Shown: in pieces, positions 52,779-64,000 of the stretch
How positions within the stretch are numbered: position 1 is the first letter of the stretch
How the letters are laid out: every line of letters begins with the position of its first letter
Assembly (NCBI GenBank): GCA_951406725.2
Contig: OX597815.1
Coordinates: forward strand, 135,532,001-135,596,000
Direction: 5' to 3'
DNA length: 64,000 bases
Source: Octopus vulgaris
Lineage: Eukaryota
The notes under the pieces: model-generated
The model's database searches: none
What the model saw: the letters and a program-made list of their open reading frames with translations, nothing else
What the model was told of the DNA's origin: nothing
Translations under genes and position numbers: made by a program

Positions 52779-53552
52779 TACAAACCATATAGATTAAACT
52801 CACGCGCATACCGAGTAGAGACAAAACATTCACCAAACCTAGAACACACAGACACAAACGCATACAAATACACTACACATTGATTTAATCATATACGTAT
52901 ATGCACCGAACTCGTACTAGACATGTTTGCACGCAGACACATACATACACTCTTTAAATGCATCCATACAGACACCAAATATCGACTAAACACACTTATA
53001 CATACACCGGATAGAACAAACACCCTCTAACTCAAAAACAACTTAAATACACAGTGAGACTAAAACATTCATGGGATACATGGCGAATATACGTAAATAT
53101 ACATATACATAAATACAGACAACCAAACACATATTGAACACATACGGAATCACATATACAGAGCATAGACTAAATAATTCACACACACGCACACACGGTT
53201 ACGCGGTCTTCCTTTCGCTGTCAGCAAATACGCCCGAGGCGAACACACATACACAACTACGTCACACACGCAGATTCAGTGCACGCGTGTAGCATACAGC
53301 GAACACACAAACAAGCATCAGTGTTGAGAGGTATCTCACCTTGACCTTGTAACGTTCAACGCGACCGACATTACACTGTCCCTATTTTTATTATGGTACT
53401 GTAGATGTGTGCGCGAGTGTGTGTGCATATGTGAATGCGTTGGTGCACACATGCTCACACACACACGCATCTACTCCCACACACAGCATATATATACATA
53501 TATACACTATATATATATTCCACATATATATATAGTGTTTATATACATATAT

Positions 53553-53799
53553 GTGGAGGCGCGTGGCTTAGTGGTTAGAGTGTCAGCACCATGAGCGTAA
53601 GATTGTATTTTCGATTCCTGGACCGGGCGACGCGTTGTGTTCTTGAGCAAAACACTTCATTTCTCGTTGCTCCAGTCCACTCAGCTGGCAAAAATGAGTA
53701 ACGCTGCGATGGACTGCGCCCCGTCCAGTCGGGGAACACATACGCCATTGAAACCGGGAAACCGGGCCCATGAGCCTAGCTAGACTTTAAAAGGGCGCA

Positions 53800-53800
<1 letters not shown>
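53553..53800 (+). mobile_element. tRNA-headed SINE with V-domain-like core
   Basis: GTGGAGGCGCGTGGCTTAGTGGTTAG..TTCGATTCC head; CTGCGATGGACTGCGCCCCGTCCAG core. Confidence 0.75.
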
Positions 53801-53847
<47 letters not shown>

Positions 53848-54024
53848 GACACTGGGGTAAAATATACGAAGCCCAATATACCCATCATGACTACCCGTCT
53901 GATAAAGACACCAGGCACATGCATCACAACCATATGTGCGCGACATGGTGATCTCATATCAAGATAAACAGCACATGACCTTGCAGGTGGGGCCCAATTA
54001 GAATTTTCTTCAGGTTGAGTAGCC

Positions 54025-54061
<37 letters not shown>

Positions 54062-54245
54062 CTTCTGCTCATGATCAGAGATGCACATATCGTCAGCCAC
54101 TAAGGGACATGCTCAACTGGTTAAAGTCAAACAACTGACAAGCAAATCATTATTATTATACCAAGACAAAACAATGTACATGATAACACTTCAATCAGTT
54201 AAGATCAGAAGCCATGAGAGCCACTGCCTGGTACTGCATCAGGGC

Positions 54246-54248
<3 letters not shown>
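53848..54248. mobile_element. Inverted, internally deleted copy of the AAT-associated repeat
   Basis: Reverse complement of 22201-22730 with two segments replaced by (ATT)n. Confidence 0.85.
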
Positions 54249-54317
<69 letters not shown>

Positions 54318-54353
54318 CATTATTATTATTATTATTATCATTATTATTATTAA

Positions 54354-54439
<86 letters not shown>

Positions 54440-54507
54440 CACTGTTTATATGTTTATGTATATATATATATATATATATAAAATATATATATGTATATAT
54501 ATATATA

Positions 54508-54597
<90 letters not shown>

Positions 54598-54629
54598 ATA
54601 TACACACTCAAGCACACACTGTATATACT

Positions 54630-54716
54630 TACTCTATTACGTTCTTTTACCGAACCGCTAAGTAACAGACATAAACACACCAATACCGGTTGTCAAATGG
54701 TGGTGGGGAACAAGCA

Positions 54717-54769
<53 letters not shown>

Positions 54770-54930
54770 ACACATGCATACAACGGGATTCTTTCGGTTT
54801 CCCACTCACAAGGCTTTAGCAGGCCCGAGGCAATAATAGAAGACACTAGCTCAAGGTACCACGCTATAGGAATGAACACGAAACCATTTAGTTGGGAAGC
54901 AAGCTCCTTTCCACACAGCCATGCCTACGC
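54630..54930 (-). mobile_element. CORE-like SINE, diverged
   Basis: CCGAACCGCTAAGT..CCACTCACAAGGCTTT..AGAAGACACT. Confidence 0.75.
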
Positions 54931-54931
54931 T

Positions 54932-54975
<44 letters not shown>

Positions 54976-56259
54976 ATTTCAACTTGCTTGAAATGGCAGC
55001 TAAATTACACTCAAACCATATTTTGTCATTTTAAACATTGACCTCAGAAACAGCATGGTTGAATCGCATCATTTAGATTATTCGAGCAGCACTAACTTGT
55101 GACAACAATAATCACGATCATTTTCAACAACAACCATGAGCTAACGAAGAAGTTGATTCGTCTTCAAGAAACTGCAATCACAACTTATCGTCTATTGGCT
55201 AACTTTAAAAGCGTCTAATAAATAATACACCAGAGAATAAGGCAGAATAAGTGCTAGAATGCCACTCGAAGGATAAATTCTCGACATGAAGACATATTTC
55301 TTTCAAAACACGCGAACACTATCAGAAAATGATAGTGGCTAAAAGTTTGCACATATGTGTTATAAAATGTCTGCCGAATGCTCACACAATCATCACCGAA
55401 CAAGAGGAAAAATAACAAGTTTATCTTAAACCAATGTCATTAAAAACACCATTTTGGAACTAAAACGATGTAATAACACCCAACATTCCCATTGCAATAG
55501 TTCTGAAAACGTTATTACTACGTAATAAGAGAACTCTCAATATTCAAAATTATACTAAAATCAAACTAGACAGACCTTTACACAATGGAGGTGGTCTAAC
55601 AACATGAATAAGAAAAGAGCATTAAATATATGATACTTTCGTAACAAAACTACAGTAGAAAATGCTGGCTTTAAAAAGATATAGTCATGACGTACAGACA
55701 TGAATATAATAAACAAATATATACTACCACTGACCTTAACAAAATGTTTACGTCATAAAAGAGGTAAATTTACAGTATTACCAAACAACAGGAAAAATAA
55801 CATCCGAAGCGATCCGCATGAATACATTCTCTTCGCCAGTCATCGCAAGAAATAGAATCACAGTTTTCAGAATTATATAACTGCTTGGTTAAGTACTGTT
55901 TCGAAACGACATGAATTCGGGTTTAGTTACCCTCTTTGTGCCGCAAATATGTATGCATATGTGCATTGCTTGTATAGGTGCCCGCGCGTGTACACACATA
56001 CACACTTAGTGCTTTTGCTCCATCGTCACACTCCTTTTCTTTCACTTTCGCTCAGATGAAATGTTGTGAAATACCATTTTAACACAATGTGTATCTCGTA
56101 CATCAATCCCATTGCTCAATCTGGTGGGTTACTCAATACTTTTTGTAGAGTAAAAATTTATTATTCTTAATCGACAAGAACGTTGTTAACAGTGACTTCA
56201 GTGATGGTTTAGCTGGCCGAAACTTTGAAGTCACTGTCAGCAGCATTGTTGCGTAAGAG

Positions 56260-56291
<32 letters not shown>

Positions 56292-56590
56292 GTTAATCCA
56301 AACATGAAAACACAAAGAGAAAACACAACAACGCGAGGACGTGGAACAAGTATAGTATTACTGGACGCTCAGGAAAGAAGGAAAGAAGGAGGGGTTTAAC
56401 ATTTCGAGCGGAGCTCTTCGTCAGAAACATAGGAAAAGGAAAGATCCAAAGAAAGGAAGACGGAGGAAAAAAATCGCTAACGGTACACACGCGGTCACAT
56501 ATTTCTTTCCTTCCCTGAGCGTCTGCTAATGCTTTACATGTACCACGTCATCGCGTTGTTGTGCTTTTTGAGTTTGCTCTTCTTCTTTTG
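56292..56590 (-). mobile_element. Fold-back element with hammerhead (56394-56428); arms ~56310-56385 / ~56503-56580
   Basis: Reverse complement GTTT-CTGACGA-A-GAGC-TCC-GCTC-GAAAT-GTT-AAAC; arms CACAACAACGCGA..GACGCTCAGG / CCTGAGCGTC..TCGCGTTGTTGTG. Confidence 0.8.
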
Positions 56591-56596
56591 TATTTA

Positions 56597-56682
<86 letters not shown>

Positions 56683-56684
<2 letters not shown>

Positions 56685-57078
56685 TCTTTTACTTGTTTGA
56701 GTCATTTGACTGCAGCCATGCTTGAGCACCACCTTTAGTCGAAGAAATTGACCACAGGACTTATTCTTCACTAGCCTACTACTTATTCTATCGTTCTCTT
56801 TTTGCCGAACCGCTAGGCTACGGGGACGTAAACACACCAACATCGGTTGTCAAGTGATGGTGGTGGTGGGAGAAACACAGAGGCCCAAACATAATTCATG
56901 TATATACATATATACGACGGGATTCTTTCAGTTTCCGTCTACCATATCCACTCACAACGGTTTGGTCGGCCCGATGCTATAGCAGAAGACACATGCGCAA
57001 GTTGCCACGCAGCGGGAGAGAACTCGGAACCTTGTGGTTGGGAGGCAAGCTTCTTAACACACAGAGACGCATGCGCCT
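56683..57078 (-). mobile_element. CORE-like SINE
   Basis: Same family as 58377-58795. Confidence 0.85.
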
Positions 57079-57142
57079 GTCGGTAGCTCATATATCCGAA
57101 AAAGAAATACACTCGAAAGCATTAGAGCAGTAATGTATTTTT

Positions 57143-57328
57143 TAGGAAGTTAAAAGTGATGGCCAATCATGGAGTGGCTATTAGTTTTGCACTTATGAAG
57201 CACTTAGCAGTATAGGTGACTCGTCAGACTCAGCTATTTGAGTCTAACGAGTCACCTATCCTGCAAAGCGCTTTATAGGTGAGAAACCAAAGGTCACTCA
57301 ATGACCAACCATAACTTTTAACCTCCTT
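57143..57328. mobile_element. Palindromic element made of two head-to-head hammerhead motifs (57172-57231 minus, 57240-57299 plus)
   Basis: Plus copy GAGT-CTAACGA-G-TCACCTAT..ATAGGTGA-GAAAC-CAAAG-GTC-ACTC; the minus copy has an intact CTGACGA. Confidence 0.75.
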
Positions 57329-57329
57329 A

Positions 57330-57331
57330 TC

Positions 57332-57406
<75 letters not shown>

Positions 57407-57407
57407 G

Positions 57408-57455
<48 letters not shown>

Positions 57456-57456
57456 A

Positions 57457-57507
<51 letters not shown>

Positions 57508-57554
57508 CTCTATCTATCTATCTATCTATCTTCTCTATCTGTCTATCTATCTTC

Positions 57555-57609
<55 letters not shown>

Positions 57610-57727
57610 GTCTGTCTGTCTGTCTCTGTCTGTCTGTCTGTATGTCTGTCTGTCTGTCCGTCCGTCCGTCCATCCGTCCGTCCGTCCGTCTGTCCGTCCG
57701 TCCGTCCGTCCGTCCGTCCGTCCGTCC

Positions 57728-57778
<51 letters not shown>

Positions 57779-57835
57779 CGTCCGTCCGTCCGTCCGTCCG
57801 TCCGTCTGTCTGTCTGTCTGTCAGTCTATCTATCT
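57330..57835. repeat. Compound tetranucleotide microsatellite (TCTA/TCTG/TCCG)
   Basis: Direct inspection. Confidence 0.95.
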
Positions 57836-58376
57836 AACGTGCATTGTACGAATTCAATTTGTTGTTATCAAGATTTCAATCTGTTTCTTGAAACACGCGC
57901 GCGCGCGCTAAATCAGTATGTCTATCTTTGGTAGAAACATGGAAGTTCTAGAAATATAAATCTATTGAACTGTCCCAAATTCACTACTGCTATTTTTACT
58001 TTTTCTTTTACTGAAACAGAATGAAAGGTAAAAATGTAACTCTGTTATGGTATTTGAACCATATTATGATAAATTAGCGGACCTCCATCGATGGTCGGCA
58101 AACATATAGTTATACAATTAAGGGCTTTAGAAATCCATAAAATTTCTTGAGAGTTTTGGAAAACATGTTGTTTATAATTATGTTATATAAGTTGATGCGA
58201 TAGTTTTGTCTCTCATATATCAATACATATTTTACATGTATTTATCATTCTTTAGTAAGAATAGTATTGACTTAACTTCTACTGAGAGAATCACGAATTC
58301 GAACTCAACAAAAATGTAGTGAGTCTAACGTAAGATTGTTTTTATTTTAACACGCATATACACTCATTACATATAT

Positions 58377-58583
58377 ACTCTTTTACTCTTTTACTTGTTT
58401 CAGTCATTTGACTGTGGCCATGCTGGAGCACCGCCTTTAGTCGATCAATCGACTCCAGGACTTATTCTTTGTAAGCCTAGTACTTATTCTATTGGTCTCT
58501 TTTGCCGAACTGCTAAGTTACGGGGACGTAAACACACCAACATCGGTTGTCAAGTGATCTTGGGGGGAAAAACACAGACACAA

Positions 58584-58616
<33 letters not shown>

Positions 58617-58795
58617 CATATATACATATATACGACGGGCTTCTTTCAGTTTCCGTCTACCAAATCCACTCACAAGGCTTTGGTCGGCCCGAGGCTATAG
58701 TAGAAGACGCTTGCCCATGGTGCCACGCAGTGGGACTGAACCCAGAACCATGTGGTTGGTAAGCAAACTACTTACCACACAGCCACTCCTATGCC
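58377..58795 (-). mobile_element. Full-length CORE-like tRNA SINE (octopus OR-type)
   Basis: Reverse complement AGGAGTGGCTGTGTGGTAAG..GGGTTCAGTCCC..CACCATGGGCAAG; internal CA/TA tract; GTAAAAGA-like tail. Confidence 0.85.
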
Positions 58796-58897
58796 TAATT
58801 GTATAAAGGATCGTGGGTAAGGCCCAAAAAATGCGAAGTAAATTTAAGGTAGATCACAAAAAAACGAATATATGAATTAATGTAGACTTACCTTGTA

Positions 58898-58933
58898 TTC
58901 AATATTTCGGGGTTATGATCCCATTTTCAAGAA
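58898..58933 (-). ncRNA. Minimal hammerhead-like motif (U3-A8 variant)
   Basis: TTC-TTGAAAA-T-GGG-ATCATAAC-CCC-GAAAT-ATT-GAA. Confidence 0.4.
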
Positions 58934-58968
58934 ACTGACGAATGTTGCCGATATGCGTATGTGTGTGC

Positions 58969-59002
<34 letters not shown>

Positions 59003-59136
59003 TAGCAAGAATATCAAAGGTTGATCAGAAGAAATGAAAGAATTGTCCCTCGCTTATTTATATACAGATACCAAAAGTCATCAAAATTTCCAAGGAAATG
59101 AAATGGAATAAAATAAAATAAAGTACAATCGAATCC

Positions 59137-59358
59137 TTTACTTGTTTCAGTCATAGACTGCGGCCATGCTGGTACACCGTCTTGAAGAATTTTTTAGTCG
59201 AATAAATCGACCCTAGTATTTATTTCTTTAAAGGCTGGTACTTATTCAAGCGATTGGTTATGCCACACCGCTAAGTTACAAGTATGTAAATGCAACAACA
59301 CCACTTTTCAAGCGGTAATGGAGGACAATCACAGACATAAAGACAAACATGTGTGTGT

Positions 59359-59389
<31 letters not shown>

Positions 59390-59542
59390 CGACAGGCTTC
59401 TTTTAGTTTCTGTCAACCTATTCCGCTCACAAGGCTTTGGCTGGTCCGAGGCTATAGTAGACGACACTTGCCCAAGGTGCCACGCAATGCGACTGAAGCC
59501 GGAACCATTTGTTTGGGAAGCAAGCTTCTTATCACACAGCTG
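59137..59542 (-). mobile_element. CORE-like SINE
   Basis: Same family as 58377-58795. Confidence 0.8.
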
Positions 59543-60216
59543 CGTACATTTAAATATTTTTCGTATAGCGTTTGCGAATGCTTATGCCTCTATCTCGCTT
59601 CGTCTGTCTGCCTTTGTTTTTCGCTTTCAGTGCGAGGCTATGAGCCATTGTGCTAAGTAATATTTATCGTTACAGCGCCAACATTGTGGAATAACTAGCA
59701 CTGCCAACAAACCGAAGACTGCAAACCGGTTTCATATCGCAATTCAATCAAATATACTTCACTCACGTCGCTTATGCTCGTGGGAAAAATTGCGAATATC
59801 AGAACTTTTCATTTCACCGTCTACTCGCGAAATACAGTAAAAACACTATATGTATCTGTTTACATCAATGCATGTGTACTTGAGGGTGACTTTTATCCAT
59901 TTATTTCTCCGTCAAGCTGACTGCACATTCCTATAGCTCTTGTCAAGGTTCAATTGATAACATGCCAATATAGCAATATACGAATTAGATCACTTTATGT
60001 GATTTCCATAATACGGCGACTGGAAGTAAACGAATCCAAAGGAAAACTTCTAGACCTCGCTGAGAAGAAAGCTGGCTAAAACTTAGGAAGTTCGAGACTC
60101 TGTAGATGTGTGGATAATTGTGCCATGCTACTGAGCTTGTGACGTAACGTTCCTTGAGTATCCATTCTACATGTAAACTCTACATGTTCCAAACATATAA
60201 ATGCCTTTGAAATTGC

Positions 60217-60488
<272 letters not shown>

Positions 60489-60685
60489 GTGTTTCTTTGT
60501 CTACGAGGTTGTCCTCCACCACCCTTTGACAGTCTGTATTGGTTTGTTCACGTCTTCATATTCTAGCAGTTCGGCGATCGAGACTAACACAGTAAGTACC
60601 AGGTTTAAACAATAAGTACTGGGATCCATTTATTCGACTAAACCCTACAAGACGTTGCCCTACATGGCTGCAGTCCAGTGACTGA

Positions 60686-60764
<79 letters not shown>

Positions 60765-60766
<2 letters not shown>

Positions 60767-60925
60767 AATTAGAGAAAAACTTGTTATATAATGTTTATTC
60801 ATTATTATGTACATTTTGTGCTCAAGATATATGTTTAATAATATATTTTGATTTTTCTATATGATATGGTTTATGTCTATCATTGTTTGAATTACATAAT
60901 AGTGTTTTTTTCTCTAATTTTTATA
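60765..60925. mobile_element. AT-rich TIR element within a TA tract
   Basis: AAATTAGAGAAAAA / TTTTTCTCTAATTT ends. Confidence 0.45.
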
Positions 60926-61025
60926 TATATACATATATATATATTTATATTGTGAAATTTGATTTAATATTAAATTGAGTTTTTCCCTGTAATTATATGT
61001 ATATATATAACAATAATTATCGGAT

Positions 61026-61371
61026 GGAATTTATGAATATTTGATACATCGCTACGCGCGTTTCTCCAAATCACATGATTTCAATATCAGAGTCCGTATC
61101 CATGAGATTAGTACGGTTTAGTCCGTATTATCCATGGGCATCCGGTTGAACATAGTCGGATTGGCCTTCATACTGGCAAGAAGGAATAAACATCCCTCTG
61201 TGATTCATCCAATAATGCAGTATCGCTTGATGAATCACTGATGATGATCAACCGGATGCCCACGGATAATACGGACTATGCTGCACTAATCATAAGGATA
61301 CGGACTCTGATACTGAAATCGCGTGATTTGTGGAAATGCGCATAGTGATATATTAAATATTTAAATAGTCC
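61026..61371. mobile_element. Fold-back element, arms ~61026-61157 / ~61238-61371, containing an extended hammerhead-like motif (61222-61349, +)
   Basis: ATCGC-TTGATGA...GAAA-TGCGCA-TA-GTGAT; the inverted arm reads GAAACGCGCGTAGCGAT. Confidence 0.75.
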
Positions 61372-61545
61372 CTCCTAGAATTATTATCATTATTATATTT
61401 ATCCTACATTATATCGGTAAAACCATGAAGCAAGCCCGAAAAACTGACTCACTAGTCAGTATCATTTGACGGTAGCCGGCATAATGAAATAGGAGCTTTG
61501 TTTAATACCCCTAACGTTACCAGAAACGAATTTGATATGTATATA

Positions 61546-61905
61546 CTAGCAGTATCGCCCGGCGTTGCTCGGGTTTGTTTCGACCCTTTAGAATTGGAAT
61601 TTTTGAAAAGTAAAAATTTTGCATTATGTAGCTTATTTCGGGTTGAAATACACCGAAAAATGGCGACACAGCAGTGAAAAATCGTAAAAAATAGGGATTT
61701 TCATAGAAAAAAAGCACCTTTTTGATGTAAATAATTTTTGGTGTTAACATGGTCCGATTTGAATTTTTTCTTCTACGGAAGGAAGAGCAAACCTTCTATC
61801 ATACTCTCAATTTTGGTCAACTTGCGCCGCAGGGTCTCGGAGGAGATAGTGTTAGTTGAAGGCTACCAAACCTGCCATACACAGACAACTTCAGATTCAT
61901 ATATA
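61546..61905 (-). mobile_element. Non-autonomous Helitron-like element
   Basis: Same hairpin + CTAG terminus as 30425 (CTAGCAGTATCGCCCGGCGTTGCTCGGGTTTGT). Confidence 0.75.
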
Positions 61906-61952
61906 TATATATGTATATATATATATTCAGTATGCCATCTCACAGACGCACT

Positions 61953-62034
<82 letters not shown>

Positions 62035-63009
62035 ACACACACACACACACACGCGCGCACGCACGCACACGCACAGACACACATCTAGTATCTCATCGCA
62101 TATATTTAGTAAAGTCTGACAGTAGTTCTGACATGCCCCTGTATTGAACATAAATTCATATAAATATAGTTATTATATCATCCAATATAACTGACGTAAT
62201 AGATGTTGATTATACAGTTAGCATACTTCCATATGCAATATAGGAGGGCAAATATCACCTCCTCGTAAATTCTCACATTTAATCAAATAGACAGCGAGAA
62301 ATGATATAATTCCATTTCGTCATAGCTAGATGGTTTTGTCCGTTGAGAGTTTATGTGTCTTAGTCAATGATAACACGTACAACCGGCGGCAGAAGCTCCA
62401 GCCCCTTGGTACTTTACTTGGTATCCTATCAACTAAGACATCTGTGAATTAGAGGCTGATATATCAGGGTGTTTATCATCGGATTTAATACTGTTTGGAT
62501 GATAAGAATTATATCTTCTCTCTGGATACGATTATCGCATATGACATTCTCAGAACATCGGTATCTATTCACTTTTGATGTATTTCCTTAAATCATTCAG
62601 TTTCCTCTTCTACCATGAATTACGACAAGCAAACGAAGAAATCTCTCTGCAACTTCTCAATCTACAAGAAATAACAGCTAAATCTTTTTCAAGTGACATT
62701 CTACGCTATGGTTACAACAGGAAAGCTTTCAAAAGAGACTTGCTCCACCATGAGGAACTAGGGATAAGAAAACAACAACAAACAAACAAACAACAACTCA
62801 ATAAATCTAATTACTTTTCTTTGTCTCACCATTAATACTATCTCACACGACTCAGATTTCGAAGTAAAGAATTTGTTCAACAATTTTTCCCCGTAGAATT
62901 TTAGTCCATGTGAACTCTCTCTTTGTCCAAGTATTACGGTTTTTCTTTTTTTTTTCTGGAGATGTACTTGCATAGCAAGTGATTTGATCTGAGATCGTGT
63001 GCTAGAACG

Positions 63010-63288
63010 AAAACAATTGCAGCGTGGAAGGTGTTTGTAAGTCATTTAAGAAACACACAAAAGCCGTTCGATTCACTTCAATATTTAAGTTCAAGTTGTC
63101 AAAATATTTTCGTCGCTTTAAGACCGCGACCTGTTCACTGACAGCACGGATTTTTGTCAGTGAACAGGTCGCGTTCTCAAAGCGACGAAAATATTTTGGC
63201 AAATTAAATTTAAATGTTGAAGCGAATCGAAAGGCTTTTGTGTGTTTCTTAAATGGGTTACAAACACCTTCCACGCTGCAATTGTTTT
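63010..63288. mobile_element. ~280 bp palindrome with two head-to-head hammerhead-like motifs (63097-63143 minus, 63155-63201 plus), G3-C8 variant
   Basis: TGTCA-GTGAACA-G-GTCGC-loop-GCGAC-GAAA-ATAT-TT-TG(A/G)CA in both arms; 11 nt spacer. Confidence 0.75.
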
Positions 63289-63589
63289 TCTTTTCTTTAT
63301 CTATTGAATGCTAACAAGTAAGTGTTAAATTCGGAAATAAACAGTATCGATGTCATCTGTCAGAGGTATGAGGTGCGTGTGTGGTTCAAGAGCTTATGGA
63401 CACTGTCCATTCATCATCCAACCATCATCATTCCATTCATTTACCCTGCTACCACCACCACCACCACCGCCAGCATTCATCAGCGTCCCTAAATCCACAC
63501 CACAACCATCTCAGCTGCACTGGCAACCGACGTCGGTTTTGCCGCAATCGACGTCGGCACCGCCACCGCTAACATCGCCGCTACTGTCG

Positions 63590-64000
63590 CCGCTGCTACC
63601 GCTGCCGCCGCTGCCCCCGCCGCTGCCGCCGCTGCCCCCGCCGCTGCCGCCGCTGCCCCCGCCGCGCCGCCGCTGCCCCCGCCGCTGCCGCCGCTGCCCC
63701 CGCCGCTGCCGCCGCTGCCCCCGCCGCTGCCGCCGCTGCCCCCGCCGCTGCCGCCGCTGCCCCCGTCGCTGCCGCCGCTGCCCCCGCCGCTGCCGCCGCT
63801 GCCCCCGCCGCTGCCGCCGCTGCCTCCGCTGCCGCCGCTGCCGCCGCTGCCGCCGCTGCCGCCGCTGCCGCCACTGCCGCCGCTGCCGCCGCTGCCGCCG
63901 CTGCCGCCGCTACCGCCGCTGCCGCCGCTGCCGCCGCTACCGCCGCTGCCGCCGCTGCCGTCACCGCTGCGATGCTGCCGTCGCTGCGATGCTGCCGCCG
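63590..64000. repeat. GC-rich tandem repeat (21-bp GCTGCCGCCGCTGCCCCCGCC, then 9-bp GCCGCCGCT units), running off the window end
   Basis: Direct inspection. Confidence 0.9.

Noticed and set aside
54195-54819. Long poly-I/YI/HT ORFs (and similar ORFs throughout the window)
   Set aside because: Stop-free simple repeats
55120-55870. Possible PLE C-terminal remnant on the plus strand
   Set aside because: No motif could be read with confidence
63002-63314. Two near-identical ORFs on opposite strands
   Set aside because: Consequence of the palindrome, non-ATG starts, no recognisable protein

Overview
AT-rich, repeat-dominated eukaryotic DNA, most likely intron or intergenic sequence from an octopus-like (coleoid cephalopod) genome. 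That assignment is inferred from the SINE families and microsatellite load. No intact host protein-coding gene is supported, and almost all listed ORFs are microsatellite translations or pieces of decayed retroelements. The window is a mosaic of: tRNA-headed SINEs (Nin-like, CORE-like, V-like and an older family); decayed LINEs (R4/Dong-like with restriction-like endonuclease, L1/Tx1-like, RTE, CR1-like); several Penelope-like element (PLE) remnants (RT and GIY-YIG); two non-autonomous Helitrons; mariner and hAT MITEs; and many microsatellites. The most notable signal is a dispersed set of short non-coding fold-back elements built around minimal hammerhead-ribozyme motifs. Across them the core 3-8 base pair covaries (C-G, U-A and G-C), several form head-to-head ribozyme pairs, and one hammerhead module is fused to a tRNA-derived Pol III head. 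All calls were made by eye, and boundaries of decayed repeats are approximate.
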